Shown: positions 50,792 to 59,766, counted from the stretch's first letter. The stretch: 64,000 bases of DNA from Syntrophales bacterium (GCA_040767195.1 JAXGPA010000004.1:173738-237737); one strand, 5' to 3'. Notes: generated by a model from the sequence alone, not told the origin. A program made the numbers and translations.

Positions 50792-51787
50792 ATGGACGAA
50801 GCGGAAACAATCGATCTGGCCAGGGAGGTGCTCCGGATCGAGGGGGAATGCCTCCTCAACCTGGTGAACCATGTGGACGGTCAGTTCGCCGAGGCCGTGG
50901 AGATGATCTGCCGATCCAAGGGACGGGTGATCGTGACGGGCATCGGCAAATCGGGTCTCATCGGCAAGAAGATCGTGGCGACCCTGACCAGCACCGGAAC
51001 GCCGGCGGTCTTCCTCCACCCCGTGGAAGGGCTTCACGGCGACCTGGGTATCGTTACCCGGGAGGACGTTCTCCTGGCCATCTCCCACAGTGGCGAGACG
51101 CCGGAGCTGACGGCCCTCACGTCGAGCGTCCGGGAGATCGGGGCCCCCATCATCGCCCTCACGGGAAACCCCCGCTCCAGCCTGGCGAAGCACAGCGACC
51201 GAATCATTCACGTGGCCGTGGACAGGGAAGCCTGTCCCTTCGGCCTGGCGCCCACGTCAAGCACCACCGCGGCCCTGGCCATGGGAGACGCCATCGCCAT
51301 CGCCCTGATCCGCCGGAAAAATTTCACCGAGAGGGATTTTTTCAGGTTTCACCCGGGAGGCAACCTTGGGCAGAGGCTCATGGCCCGGGTCCGGGACGTC
51401 ATGATCGGCATTGAAAAAGCCCCCCGCGTCCTGACAGGAACGCCGGCCCCGGAGGCCGTCCGGGTCATCGACGACATGAACGTGGGGTTCGTTCTCATCA
51501 CGGACGGGGAAAACGTCCTCCAGGGAATTCTCACGGACGGGGACGTCCGTCGCGCCGTCCGGCGGGGCATCGATTTCAAGGGGCTCGCCGTGGACGACCT
51601 GATGACCCGGTCACCGAAAGTGGCCGACCCCGGTGCGTCCCTCGCCGAAACGATCGAGTTCATGCAGCGGGCGGAAATCACCGCCCTCGCCGTGGTGAGC
51701 GCCGGCGGGCGCCTGGACGGCTACATCCACCTCCACGACATCCTGGGACGGGGGGGCACCGTGAAGATCTCCCTGGGACCTTTTTAA
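50792..51787 (+). CDS. kdsD: KpsF/GutQ family arabinose-5-phosphate isomerase (SIS plus CBS)
   Basis: GIGKSG, HGDLG, SHSGET, EACPFGLAPTSST, FHPGG, TDGD. Confidence 0.92.
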   Translation: MDEAETIDLAREVLRIEGECLLNLVNHVDGQFAEAVEMICRSKGRVIVTGIGKSGLIGKKIVATLTSTGTPAVFLHPVEGLHGDLGIVTREDVLLAISHSGETPELTALTSSVREIGAPIIALTGNPRSSLAKHSDRIIHVAVDREACPFGLAPTSSTTAALAMGDAIAIALIRRKNFTERDFFRFHPGGNLGQRLMARVRDVMIGIEKAPRVLTGTPAPEAVRVIDDMNVGFVLITDGENVLQGILTDGDVRRAVRRGIDFKGLAVDDLMTRSPKVADPGASLAETIEFMQRAEITALAVVSAGGRLDGYIHLHDILGRGGTVKISLGPF

Positions 51788-51827
51788 AAAAAACCGGCTC
51801 TCCCCCGCGCAGCGGAAAGGTTCTCCC

Positions 51828-52352
51828 ATGCCTCTTTACGAAGTGGACGGTAAAAAACCCCGGATATCCCCGGACAGCTACGTTCACCCCGATGCCGTCC
51901 TCATCGGAGACATCACGGTGGGCCGGCGGACCTTTATCGCGCCGGGGGTCGTCATCCGGGCCGACGAGGGCCCCGTCATCATCGGAGACGACACGAGCGT
52001 CCAGGACAACGCGGTGATCCACATCAACCCCGGGGCCCGGGTGGTTATCGGAAACGAGGTCATCGTGGGGCACAGCGTCATCCTCCACGACGCCGAAGTT
52101 CACGACCGGTGCGTCATCGGCATGGGGGCCATCCTGCTTTTCGGCGCCGTCTGCGAGGAAGGGGTGTTCGTCGCCGCCGGATCCGTCGTCCCCTATGACA
52201 TGCGGATCCCCGCGGGGAAACTCGCGGCGGGGAATCCCGCCAAAGTCGTCAAGGACGTGACGGAACCGCAAAAGCAGTACGCCCGCTTCGGGATCGAAGC
52301 CTATCTCAGGCTCGTCGACCTCTACCGGGACACGGCCCGTAAAATAACGTGA
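51828..52352 (+). CDS. Gamma carbonic anhydrase family (hexapeptide repeat) protein
   Basis: VLIGDI, VIRAD, VQDNAVIH, VGHSVILH, IGMGA, GNPAKVVK. Confidence 0.9.
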   Translation: MPLYEVDGKKPRISPDSYVHPDAVLIGDITVGRRTFIAPGVVIRADEGPVIIGDDTSVQDNAVIHINPGARVVIGNEVIVGHSVILHDAEVHDRCVIGMGAILLFGAVCEEGVFVAAGSVVPYDMRIPAGKLAAGNPAKVVKDVTEPQKQYARFGIEAYLRLVDLYRDTARKIT

Positions 52353-52498
52353 CGTTTCCGGGTGCCTTTCACGCTTTTTTCGCCGCCCCGGTCGGCCTCC
52401 GCCGAAACCCGGGGAAACCGGGCCCGTAACGTCGTGCGCCTCTTCGTGAGCCCACCCTTCCGGGGCCGATCCGCCGGGGGCGCTTCAAAGGGGAGATC

Positions 52499-53413
52499 AT
52501 GAATGTCATCCGGTTCGCCGCTTCCCTGAAACGACGGCTTTTCCCTCCCGCCGTTCTGAGGCGCCTGGTACGAGAAGGAACGTATCAGCCCCGGCGTCCC
52601 GCCTGTTCCCGTCAACCGGGGGACACGGACATTTTCACGGATGTGGAAGACCCCCGTTCCCTTTTGCGGTCCTTCGGTCCCGCCTGGGACGCCCGCTTCA
52701 AAGACCTCTTTCTTCCCCATCACGAGATTCTCATAAAAATCAACCTGAACACGGCGGACCCCTACCCGGCGTCCACGGACCCCGGGATGCTTGCCGCCCT
52801 CATCGACTTTCTTCAGGAAAAAGGCTGCCGAAATATCCGGGTCGGGGACTGCTCGTCCATCCGGGCCCTCCCCACCGCGAAGGTGGCCCGGAAAGCAGGC
52901 ATCCCGGAGGCCCTTTCGGGCAGGGCTCCCTTCATCCCTTTCGATGACGGGCCCTGGGTGTCCATTCCCGTGGACGGGTACTTTCTGAAGCAGGTCACTG
53001 TCCCCCTGGCGGCCGTGACGGCGGACCGGCTCATTTTTCTGGCCAATATGAAAACCCACAACGAATCGGATTTTTCCCTGGGGATGAAACTTTCCGTGGG
53101 GCTCCTCCACCCCCTGGAGCGATACCCCCTTCACCGGGACCACCTCCGGGAAAAGATCGCCGAACTCGTTCTCGCCGTCCCGCCCGACCTGACCCTCATC
53201 GACGGCCGAACGGCCTTCGTCACCGGGGGACCGGACAGGGGCGAGACGGCCCGTTGCGGCGCCGTCGTCGTCGGCACCCATGTCGTCCAGGCGGACCTGG
53301 CCGCTTACGGCATCCTTTACGAGGCGAAAAAAAGGCTCGACCGCCTCGGTGCCTTCACGGAAGACCCCTTCGGGATGGTCCAGTTTGCCCACGCGAAAAG
53401 GGTTGTCCTGTGA
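52499..53413 (+). CDS. DUF362 domain protein
   Basis: ILIKINL....P.PASTDP, IRVGD, ANMKTH, SLGMK, PDLTLIDG, GGP motifs; no fused ferredoxin domain. Confidence 0.8.
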   Translation: MNVIRFAASLKRRLFPPAVLRRLVREGTYQPRRPACSRQPGDTDIFTDVEDPRSLLRSFGPAWDARFKDLFLPHHEILIKINLNTADPYPASTDPGMLAALIDFLQEKGCRNIRVGDCSSIRALPTAKVARKAGIPEALSGRAPFIPFDDGPWVSIPVDGYFLKQVTVPLAAVTADRLIFLANMKTHNESDFSLGMKLSVGLLHPLERYPLHRDHLREKIAELVLAVPPDLTLIDGRTAFVTGGPDRGETARCGAVVVGTHVVQADLAAYGILYEAKKRLDRLGAFTEDPFGMVQFAHAKRVVL

Positions 53414-54858
53414 AATTTCTTTTCATCACCCCTCTCACCGATTACGGGGTCCGCCCCATGAACACCTGGGCTCCCGTGGGAATCCTTTCCATGGCGGCCT
53501 CCCTGAAAGGGGAAGGCCACGAGGCGGCCCTTTTCGACCGCCATGCCCTTTTCTCCAGTCACGGTCTCGGCCGGGACAGGATCGACGGGGCCATGGCCGA
53601 AGCGGTCCGGACCTTCCGGCCCGACGTCATCGGGTTCCAGACACTCTCCCCTCTGATCCACGACACGGTAAGCTGCGCCGCCCTCCTGCGGCCTCTCTTT
53701 CCCGGCGTCATGATCGCCGGGGGTCACCATGGAACGGCCCTGCCCGAATTGACGCTGCGAAGGATAGAAGGGCTCGACGGCGTCGTCGCCGGCGAGGGTG
53801 AACAGGCCCTGGTCCGCTTCGCCCGGGGGGAAGACCCCCGGGACATCCCCGGCTTCTGGTGGAAAGACCGGGACGGCGGGATCCGGCACACCCCGCCGGT
53901 CCAGGTGGCCCCCCTGGACGACCTGCCCTTTCCCGACTACACCCTCCTGGACGGACGCTTTTATCTCCAGAGAAACCACAGCGCCATCCGGGGGCACTTC
54001 CTCTCCTCCCTTTGCGTCGTCACCTCCCGGGGGTGTGTCAGGCGCTGCGACTTCTGCTGCGAGTCCCTCACCTACGGCCGGGGGGTCCGGTTTCACAGTG
54101 CCCGCTACGTGGCTGAAGGCGTCCGGGAACTTCTCTACCGCTACCCCATCGACGGCCTTTATGTTCACGACAACGATTTTCTCATCAACCGGAAAAGGGC
54201 GGAAGAAATCTGCGAGCATTTCAGCGCCATCAGGCGGAACCGTCCCTTCCTGTTTTCCATCCAGGCCCGGGCCGAGCGCGTCGACAGCGACATGGTCCGG
54301 CGCCTGAAGGCCGCCGGCTGCGCCCTCATCGAGATCGGCGTGGAATCCGCCCTTCAGGAGAATCTCGACAGCGTTCGAAAGGAAACGACGGTGGCCGAGG
54401 CCGAGGAGGCCATCGCCCGGTGCCGGGAGGGAGGGATTTCCGTCCACGCCAACATGATCACGGGTTTCGAGGGGGAAACGATGGAAAAACTGGAAAAGGA
54501 AATCGCGTGGATGAAAAAAGTCCGGCCGGACACGTTCTCCTGGTTCCCCCTGGAAATTCACCCGGGCACGGCCCTCTACGAGAGAAGAGGGGACGGGTTT
54601 TTCGAACGATCCCCGTGGACCCCGGAAAACATCCGGACATTCTACCGGGGCGCCTCGCTGTCCCCGATTCCCCCGGCGGAAAAAGGACGGTGGATGAAAA
54701 GCCGTTACCAGCCCTTGAGGAGACGGGCCTATTTTCGCCACCTTTTCAGAAAAAATTACCCCCGGAAACTCTTTCCCCTGCTTTTCATGAAAGGGCGGCG
54801 GGAAATCCTGAAACTCCGCGACCGGTTCGACCGGTTCAGGAACCCGGGATCGCCCTGA
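53410..54858 (+). CDS. Cobalamin-binding radical SAM protein
   Basis: P.GILSMAA, PDVIGF, AGGHHGT, GEGE, DDLPFPD; TSRGCVRRCDFC (CxxxCxxC); D.F, IGVES; GTG start overlapping the DUF362 stop. Confidence 0.9.
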   Translation: MKFLFITPLTDYGVRPMNTWAPVGILSMAASLKGEGHEAALFDRHALFSSHGLGRDRIDGAMAEAVRTFRPDVIGFQTLSPLIHDTVSCAALLRPLFPGVMIAGGHHGTALPELTLRRIEGLDGVVAGEGEQALVRFARGEDPRDIPGFWWKDRDGGIRHTPPVQVAPLDDLPFPDYTLLDGRFYLQRNHSAIRGHFLSSLCVVTSRGCVRRCDFCCESLTYGRGVRFHSARYVAEGVRELLYRYPIDGLYVHDNDFLINRKRAEEICEHFSAIRRNRPFLFSIQARAERVDSDMVRRLKAAGCALIEIGVESALQENLDSVRKETTVAEAEEAIARCREGGISVHANMITGFEGETMEKLEKEIAWMKKVRPDTFSWFPLEIHPGTALYERRGDGFFERSPWTPENIRTFYRGASLSPIPPAEKGRWMKSRYQPLRRRAYFRHLFRKNYPRKLFPLLFMKGRREILKLRDRFDRFRNPGSP

Positions 54859-54907
54859 ATCGGGATTTCCGCAGCGGGCGCCCCCGGTCCGGCGCGACAG
54901 GGGGCCG

Positions 54908-55993
54908 CTAAGTTCCGGACCCGGGCCGCTTCCTCACCCGGTACCGGTAAAAGGTCCCCAGGGCTTTCACTCGTTCTGCCCAGTCGTCGATGAGAAAAAA
55001 CTTGACCGCCCGCTCCGCCCACACCGTGAGCGGTCGCGACCGCAGCGCCAGCCTCTCCGCCGGGAAAAGACCCCGTGTCACCACCCCGGGTTTCAGGGCC
55101 TCCAGGACCGGCGCGGGAACGGCCAGCCCCAGGGGGTCCCGGAGGAATCGCAGGGGGTGATAAAGGGCGCTCCCGATGCCCTGTTCCCCCGCCTGGGTCA
55201 GCACCGCCTTCCAGTCCACGGGCCGTTTTTTGTCCTCCATGATGAGGCCGATGTCCACGAGGCTGATGAGCGGGCTGAAGTGGTGGTGGGACATGAGATG
55301 AACACACTGGTAGGGTAGAAGAAGGGTCGGGTCCAGGCCGAGGAAGGAGGCGCCGCCGCCGTTTCCGATTTCGTGAACGCGCTTCCAGGTGTCATCACCG
55401 CTCAAAAAAGGCTTTCTCCCCCAGTAGAGGGTCACCGTTTCCCACTGAAGATCCACGGAAAGGCCGGGAATGAGGGCATTCATCAAGGGAACGGCCTTCA
55501 CCGCCGGGTCGATGAACCGGACCTTTGTCGGGTCCTCGGGAACGAACCCCCGGTCGCCGAGAAGCTTCCCGGCCCGGTCAAAGTCGTCGAATCGGATGAG
55601 GATGTCCAGGTCCCCGTAAGGCCTCAGGTAGGGGGGGTCGTAATATTCATGGGCGATGGCGGGGCCCTTGAGGACGATGAAGGGTATGTTCCGGCGGTGG
55701 AACGCTTCTCCCAGGGTCTGCAGGTGAGCTTCGAGAAAGAGGGACCGGGCCGAGCTTTCGCGGGTCCCCTCTTTCAGCGCGCCGGCGAAGGAAGGCGGAA
55801 GAGACGCCAGGAGGCCTTCCTTCGAAAGAACCCGGCAGGCCACGGGGATGAGCCTGTGGAAACGAAGCAGCGCCAGGAGGCGGTCCCAGCCCGCCGCCGA
55901 CGGGAAGTCGGGCAGACCGGCCTCCGCTCCCGGGACCCGGAGAAAGGACCGGAGGATCCGGATCAAGAAACGCCTTTCCGGGGTGAGGGTCAT
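54908..55993 (-). CDS. Nucleotidyltransferase family protein (NTP_transf_5-like)
   Basis: IVLKGPAIA..YY....RPYGDLDILI signature; VDLQW; H...HH...LVDI. Confidence 0.85.
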   Translation of the reverse strand: MTLTPERRFLIRILRSFLRVPGAEAGLPDFPSAAGWDRLLALLRFHRLIPVACRVLSKEGLLASLPPSFAGALKEGTRESSARSLFLEAHLQTLGEAFHRRNIPFIVLKGPAIAHEYYDPPYLRPYGDLDILIRFDDFDRAGKLLGDRGFVPEDPTKVRFIDPAVKAVPLMNALIPGLSVDLQWETVTLYWGRKPFLSGDDTWKRVHEIGNGGGASFLGLDPTLLLPYQCVHLMSHHHFSPLISLVDIGLIMEDKKRPVDWKAVLTQAGEQGIGSALYHPLRFLRDPLGLAVPAPVLEALKPGVVTRGLFPAERLALRSRPLTVWAERAVKFFLIDDWAERVKALGTFYRYRVRKRPGSGT

Positions 55994-57051
55994 TGGAGAA
56001 GGTCCCTGACAAGCCGATGGACCTCCAGGACATCCCGGCCGTAGTCCAACTCGTAACAGTCCATGGTTTCCACCATCCCGCAGAGCATGTGAAACTGCTT
56101 CGCGGCCACGTCGGGGTCCATGACGAGAAGGCTGTGCGGCAGGAGCCGGGCGACGGCCTCAGTTTTTGAAATCCCGCGAAGGCGGCTTCTCTTTTCGTCC
56201 ACGACCCGGGGGAAGAGGAGCACCCGGGGGGTGGTCCGGTCCCTGGTGATCCCGGGGTAGACGCTCTCCACTGAAAATTTTCTCTTCCGCAGCCCCGTTC
56301 GAAGAACAGACGGATCGAGCTCCCGAAGCTCCGGAAAGAGGGAGATTGTATTTTCCGTCACGTCGATGTCCTCGGGAAAGGAGAGAATCTCGTAGCCGCC
56401 GTCGGTGCTCCTGAGGAAAGGCCTGTCGTCGCTCAGGTACTTGAAGCCCCCGTGAAGAAGGGAGACGCACAGCGTGGTCTTGCCGCTCCCCGAAAGGGCG
56501 GGAACCAGGACCCCTTTTCCGTCTTCCGTCACGGCGGCGGCATGAATGAGAAAGTAGTCCCGGGCCCGGCACATCTCCGACAACCCGATGAGAAACATGA
56601 AGTTGGAGAGTATGGCGGGATGGACCGCTTCCGGTTCCGGCACGAAGCCGAGGCCCAGTCCCTCCTTCGTGTCGAGAAAAAGGCATCCCCGGGCACCGAA
56701 ATCGGCCATGAAGGCCTTGTTCCAGGTCCGGTAGATGAGCCGCGTTTCCAGGAGACTCGAAAAGCCGTGTTCGTCGTCCTCCCGGGAGTCGAAAAGAACG
56801 GTCCCCTCGTTCAGAAACAGCTCGTGATAAGGAAACCTGTCCGGTTCCTCTTTCATCAGGTAGAAAGTCATTTCCGGGGACGGCGCTTCCTCCCGGCGGA
56901 AATAACCGAGAAGACCCTCCACGGCTTCCAGGATCATTCCCGAATCGGACGAAACGGCGACGGGAAGACCGTGCATGTCATACCGTCTCTCCGTCAATTT
57001 TCGGACATCCAGGGGTTCCAGGGCCGCCTTGAAAAGGCTGTCTTTCGTCAT
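55990..57051 (-). CDS. HprK-related P-loop kinase
   Basis: IHAAAV....KGVLV.ALSGSGKTTL and YLSDD motifs of the HPr kinase C-terminal family. Confidence 0.8.
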   Translation of the reverse strand: MTKDSLFKAALEPLDVRKLTERRYDMHGLPVAVSSDSGMILEAVEGLLGYFRREEAPSPEMTFYLMKEEPDRFPYHELFLNEGTVLFDSREDDEHGFSSLLETRLIYRTWNKAFMADFGARGCLFLDTKEGLGLGFVPEPEAVHPAILSNFMFLIGLSEMCRARDYFLIHAAAVTEDGKGVLVPALSGSGKTTLCVSLLHGGFKYLSDDRPFLRSTDGGYEILSFPEDIDVTENTISLFPELRELDPSVLRTGLRKRKFSVESVYPGITRDRTTPRVLLFPRVVDEKRSRLRGISKTEAVARLLPHSLLVMDPDVAAKQFHMLCGMVETMDCYELDYGRDVLEVHRLVRDLLQ

Positions 57052-58061
57052 CTATCACTCCACATGGCTTTCGTAATCCGGCACAATTCCTGCGACGGAA
57101 CCAGGGCGTTCCCGTGCTCCATGAATCCCATGCCGGGACAGAACCGGCACCGGTCTCTGAAAGAGCAGGCGAGGCACGACGGGTAGTCCCTTTCCGTCAC
57201 GGCCCGCCATCGCGCCAGGACCGGTGACGTGTTCCATATTTCATGAAAACTCTGAGTCTTGAGGTTCCCGCAACGCCAGCGGAGAACCGTGCAGGGAAAG
57301 ACATCGCCGTCCGACCCGACACAGCACGAGTCGCTGCCGGCGTGGCAGAGAAAGCTCTCCTGCGGTTCCGTTTCGTTTTCCTTTGCCCGGAGAGGGTCCG
57401 AGGATGCCTTCGAAGACAGATTCCGTATGTCCCGCGCGGGAAGCCGCAGGGAGTCCACGGAGCGCTCCCTGTCCGCCGGTGCGAAGATCCTGAAGGTGGA
57501 ACGGAGCGGGGTGCCCAGGCCCTCCGTGAGGCGCCGAAGGCGCCCCTGTTCCTGGAAATTCAGGGTCATGACCACGGTTTTCACCACCACCGAAATACCG
57601 TCTTCGCTCATCCGGCGCAGATTGTCGACGGCCGCATCGAAAGACCCGGGTTTTCCTGTCACCCTGTCATGGGTTTCGGGGGCGGCCCCGTAGAGGCTCA
57701 CCTCCACCGCCAGCGGCGGCCTTGCCGCGAGCAGGCTTCGGGTTTCCCGCCCCAGGAGGGTCCCGTTTGTGTAAAGGGTGACAGCGAATCCCATCTCATG
57801 GGCTTCCCTGTAAATATCCCTGAAGTCCTTCCTGAGGGTCGGCTCCCCGCCCGTGAAGGTGAGCTTCAGGCATCCGGCCTCCTTGAGCTGTTCCAGGATG
57901 GACCTGACGGCCGCCCCCGTCAGGCCGTCCCGGGTGCCCCGGGACTGGTAGCAGTGGACGCAGGACAGGTTGCACCGGGAGGTGAGTTCGAAGACCGTGT
58001 TGAAAGGGATCCTCCGATTCCGGATCCCCTCGAGAAATTCCTGGAATGACGTTTCCTTCAT
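57048..58061 (-). CDS. Radical SAM/SPASM domain protein (PqqE-like putative peptide maturase)
   Basis: ELTSRCNLSCVHCY, TGGEP, YTNG, VSLYG; SPASM cysteines CHAG...DGDVFPC...GNL...CLACSFRDRCRFCPG...C. Confidence 0.92.
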   Translation of the reverse strand: MKETSFQEFLEGIRNRRIPFNTVFELTSRCNLSCVHCYQSRGTRDGLTGAAVRSILEQLKEAGCLKLTFTGGEPTLRKDFRDIYREAHEMGFAVTLYTNGTLLGRETRSLLAARPPLAVEVSLYGAAPETHDRVTGKPGSFDAAVDNLRRMSEDGISVVVKTVVMTLNFQEQGRLRRLTEGLGTPLRSTFRIFAPADRERSVDSLRLPARDIRNLSSKASSDPLRAKENETEPQESFLCHAGSDSCCVGSDGDVFPCTVLRWRCGNLKTQSFHEIWNTSPVLARWRAVTERDYPSCLACSFRDRCRFCPGMGFMEHGNALVPSQELCRITKAMWSDR

Positions 58062-58228
58062 GATTGATGAACTCGTGAAATCGAAAAATCTTCAGTTACC
58101 GACGGCTTTGTAAAAAGATCCAGAGGCAAGGCGCCCAAATCCCGAGGAATGAGACGTACTTATTGGTACGTCGCAATGACGAGGGATGAAGGGCAACGCA
58201 GCATATGGTCTTTTTACAAAGTCGTCAT
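58062..58228. mobile_element. 167-bp non-coding palindromic MITE/REP-like insertion
   Basis: Inverted repeat GACGGCTTTGTAAAAAGA (58101-58118) / TCTTTTTACAAAGTCGTC (58209-58226), 17/18 match; inner hairpin GACGTAC-N6-GTACGTC; flanked by direct repeat TCATGATTG (58058-58066 and 58225-58233). Confidence 0.75.
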
Positions 58229-58680
58229 GATTGCCCGTCAGGGTAGACATACAAGGACGCGAAACTGCCGCCGGGGTCGGTTCTCTCCAGGAAAGGGGCG
58301 CCGTCCAGGATGAGCCAGCTGTGACCGTCCAGGGATTCCCCGTTTTTTCTGATCCCGTAGGCGATCCCGACGGGAACCCCCTTGCGGCGATAATGGGAGA
58401 AAAGGGCGAGAGACCGGAAAAGACAGGGCCGCTTGACCCTGAAGCACCCGATGAGGATGAAATCCAGGAGATCCCGGTAGATTTCCGCCCTTTTCCGCTC
58501 TTCCCCGCTGAGAACGTGATTCTTTTCCCCTTCACCGTCCAGGGATCTCAGAAGATCAGGGAGGGAACGGTGGTGAAGCCGGCAGGAAATACCGACGAGG
58601 TCCACCAGAATGGAAAAGGCGGCCGCACTCGCGCCGGGCTGGAGAAGGCAAAGGATTTTCCGCCTTCTTCTTCTATTCAT
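58225..58680 (-). CDS. Lasso peptide B2-type leader peptidase (transglutaminase-like)
   Basis: PCLFRSLAL...GIAYGIRK.....DGHSWLILDG, the Cys/His/Trp pattern of the Transglut_core3 family. Confidence 0.88.
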   Translation of the reverse strand: MNRRRRRKILCLLQPGASAAAFSILVDLVGISCRLHHRSLPDLLRSLDGEGEKNHVLSGEERKRAEIYRDLLDFILIGCFRVKRPCLFRSLALFSHYRRKGVPVGIAYGIRKNGESLDGHSWLILDGAPFLERTDPGGSFASLYVYPDGQS

Positions 58681-58951
58681 GAACCTCGACGAGACCTTCC
58701 TTCAACAAGTCCTGGACGATCTCCAGGAGATCCTTCCGGGAAACCTCGCTGTCCACATCATACCGTTCCAGGAGCGCACCGTGAATTTCCGAGAGCTTCC
58801 GGCGGCCGTCAAGGGATTCCCAGAAAAACCGCCCGACCTCGTTCACGGTGTAATAGTAACCGGTGCCCAGGTTCAGAAGGACACCGTCTTCGTCCACCTG
58901 CCGCCAGGCCACTTTCCCGCTTTTTCGAAAGACCGCCTCCCAGGGGTCCAT
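58673..58951 (-). CDS. PqqD family RiPP recognition element (B1-like)
   Basis: AGGAG RBS; VAWRQVDEDGVLLNLGTGYYYTVNEVGRFFWESLDG...YDVD....KDL..IVQDLLKEGLV. Confidence 0.92.
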   Translation of the reverse strand: MDPWEAVFRKSGKVAWRQVDEDGVLLNLGTGYYYTVNEVGRFFWESLDGRRKLSEIHGALLERYDVDSEVSRKDLLEIVQDLLKEGLVEVHE

Positions 58952-59154
58952 AGACGCTCTCCTTTCCTTTTTTCCTTTCCCGTATCGACAGCTTCGGGAA
59001 AAAAGCCCTCTCCCACGATCTTTTCAAGATTTTTCGCGATCACATCCCTGCTTACATGAAAAAAGGCCTGCCTTCAAGAAAAATGGTGTGGCCACGTGCC
59101 GGGATGTGGTATGGATTTTTTGTCTGATGAAACAGGATCGACGGGAGGGACGGG

Positions 59155-59766
59155 ATGAAAAGTCCGCGGGCCGTGCTTTTCGACTACGGCGGCGTTCTTG
59201 CCGAAGAGGGGTTCGCCCTGGGCCTTCGGGCCATCGCCGACGTGAACGGCCTTCCCGGCGATGATTTTGTCAAAAAAGGCCACGACCTGGTCCACGAGAC
59301 GGGGTTTGTTACAGGACAGGTTCTCGAAAAAACATACTGGGAAACGGTCCGGGCCGAAACGGGGATTTCCGGCGGCGACGATGCCCTGCGACAGGAAATC
59401 CTCTCCCGTTTCACTCTCCGGAGATGGATGATCGATCTTCTCGGGGATCTCCGGGACAGGATTCCCCTCCTGGGGATCTTGAGCGACCAGACGAACTGGC
59501 TCGAGGAACTCAACGAACGGGACCGTTTCTTTCGCCACTTCGACCGGGTGTACAACAGCTTTTACCTGGGAAAAAGCAAGCGGGACCCCGCCCTGTTCGA
59601 CCATGTTCTTCGGCTTCTCGAAATCCCGGGGGAAGACGTCCTCTTCGTGGACGATCACGCCGGAAACTGCGAAAGAGCAACGCAGGCAGGCATGAAGACG
59701 ATTCATTTTACCGGAAGGCGCCCGTTCCTGTCGGAATTGGAAAAGCGGGTCCCCTCCTTCAAATGA
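59155..59766 (+). CDS. HAD-superfamily hydrolase (YihX-like phosphatase)
   Basis: VLFDYGGVL, ILSD, GKSKRDP..F, FVDD...N. Confidence 0.85.
   Translation: MKSPRAVLFDYGGVLAEEGFALGLRAIADVNGLPGDDFVKKGHDLVHETGFVTGQVLEKTYWETVRAETGISGGDDALRQEILSRFTLRRWMIDLLGDLRDRIPLLGILSDQTNWLEELNERDRFFRHFDRVYNSFYLGKSKRDPALFDHVLRLLEIPGEDVLFVDDHAGNCERATQAGMKTIHFTGRRPFLSELEKRVPSFK

Noticed and set aside
58092..58535. 147-aa minus-strand ORF crossing the palindromic insertion
   Set aside because: Alternate frame of the B2 gene reading into a non-coding repeat; no transposase or other motifs.
54908..58951. Calling the cluster a PQQ or canonical lasso peptide locus
   Set aside because: No pqqA/B/C and no asparagine-synthetase-like lasso cyclase in the window.
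58809..59027. 72-aa minus-strand ORF (MKRSWERAFFPKL...) as the RiPP precursor
   Set aside because: TTG start with no RBS, overlaps PqqD by 143 nt in another frame, and the W...P spacing does not fit a [YW]xxP leader.
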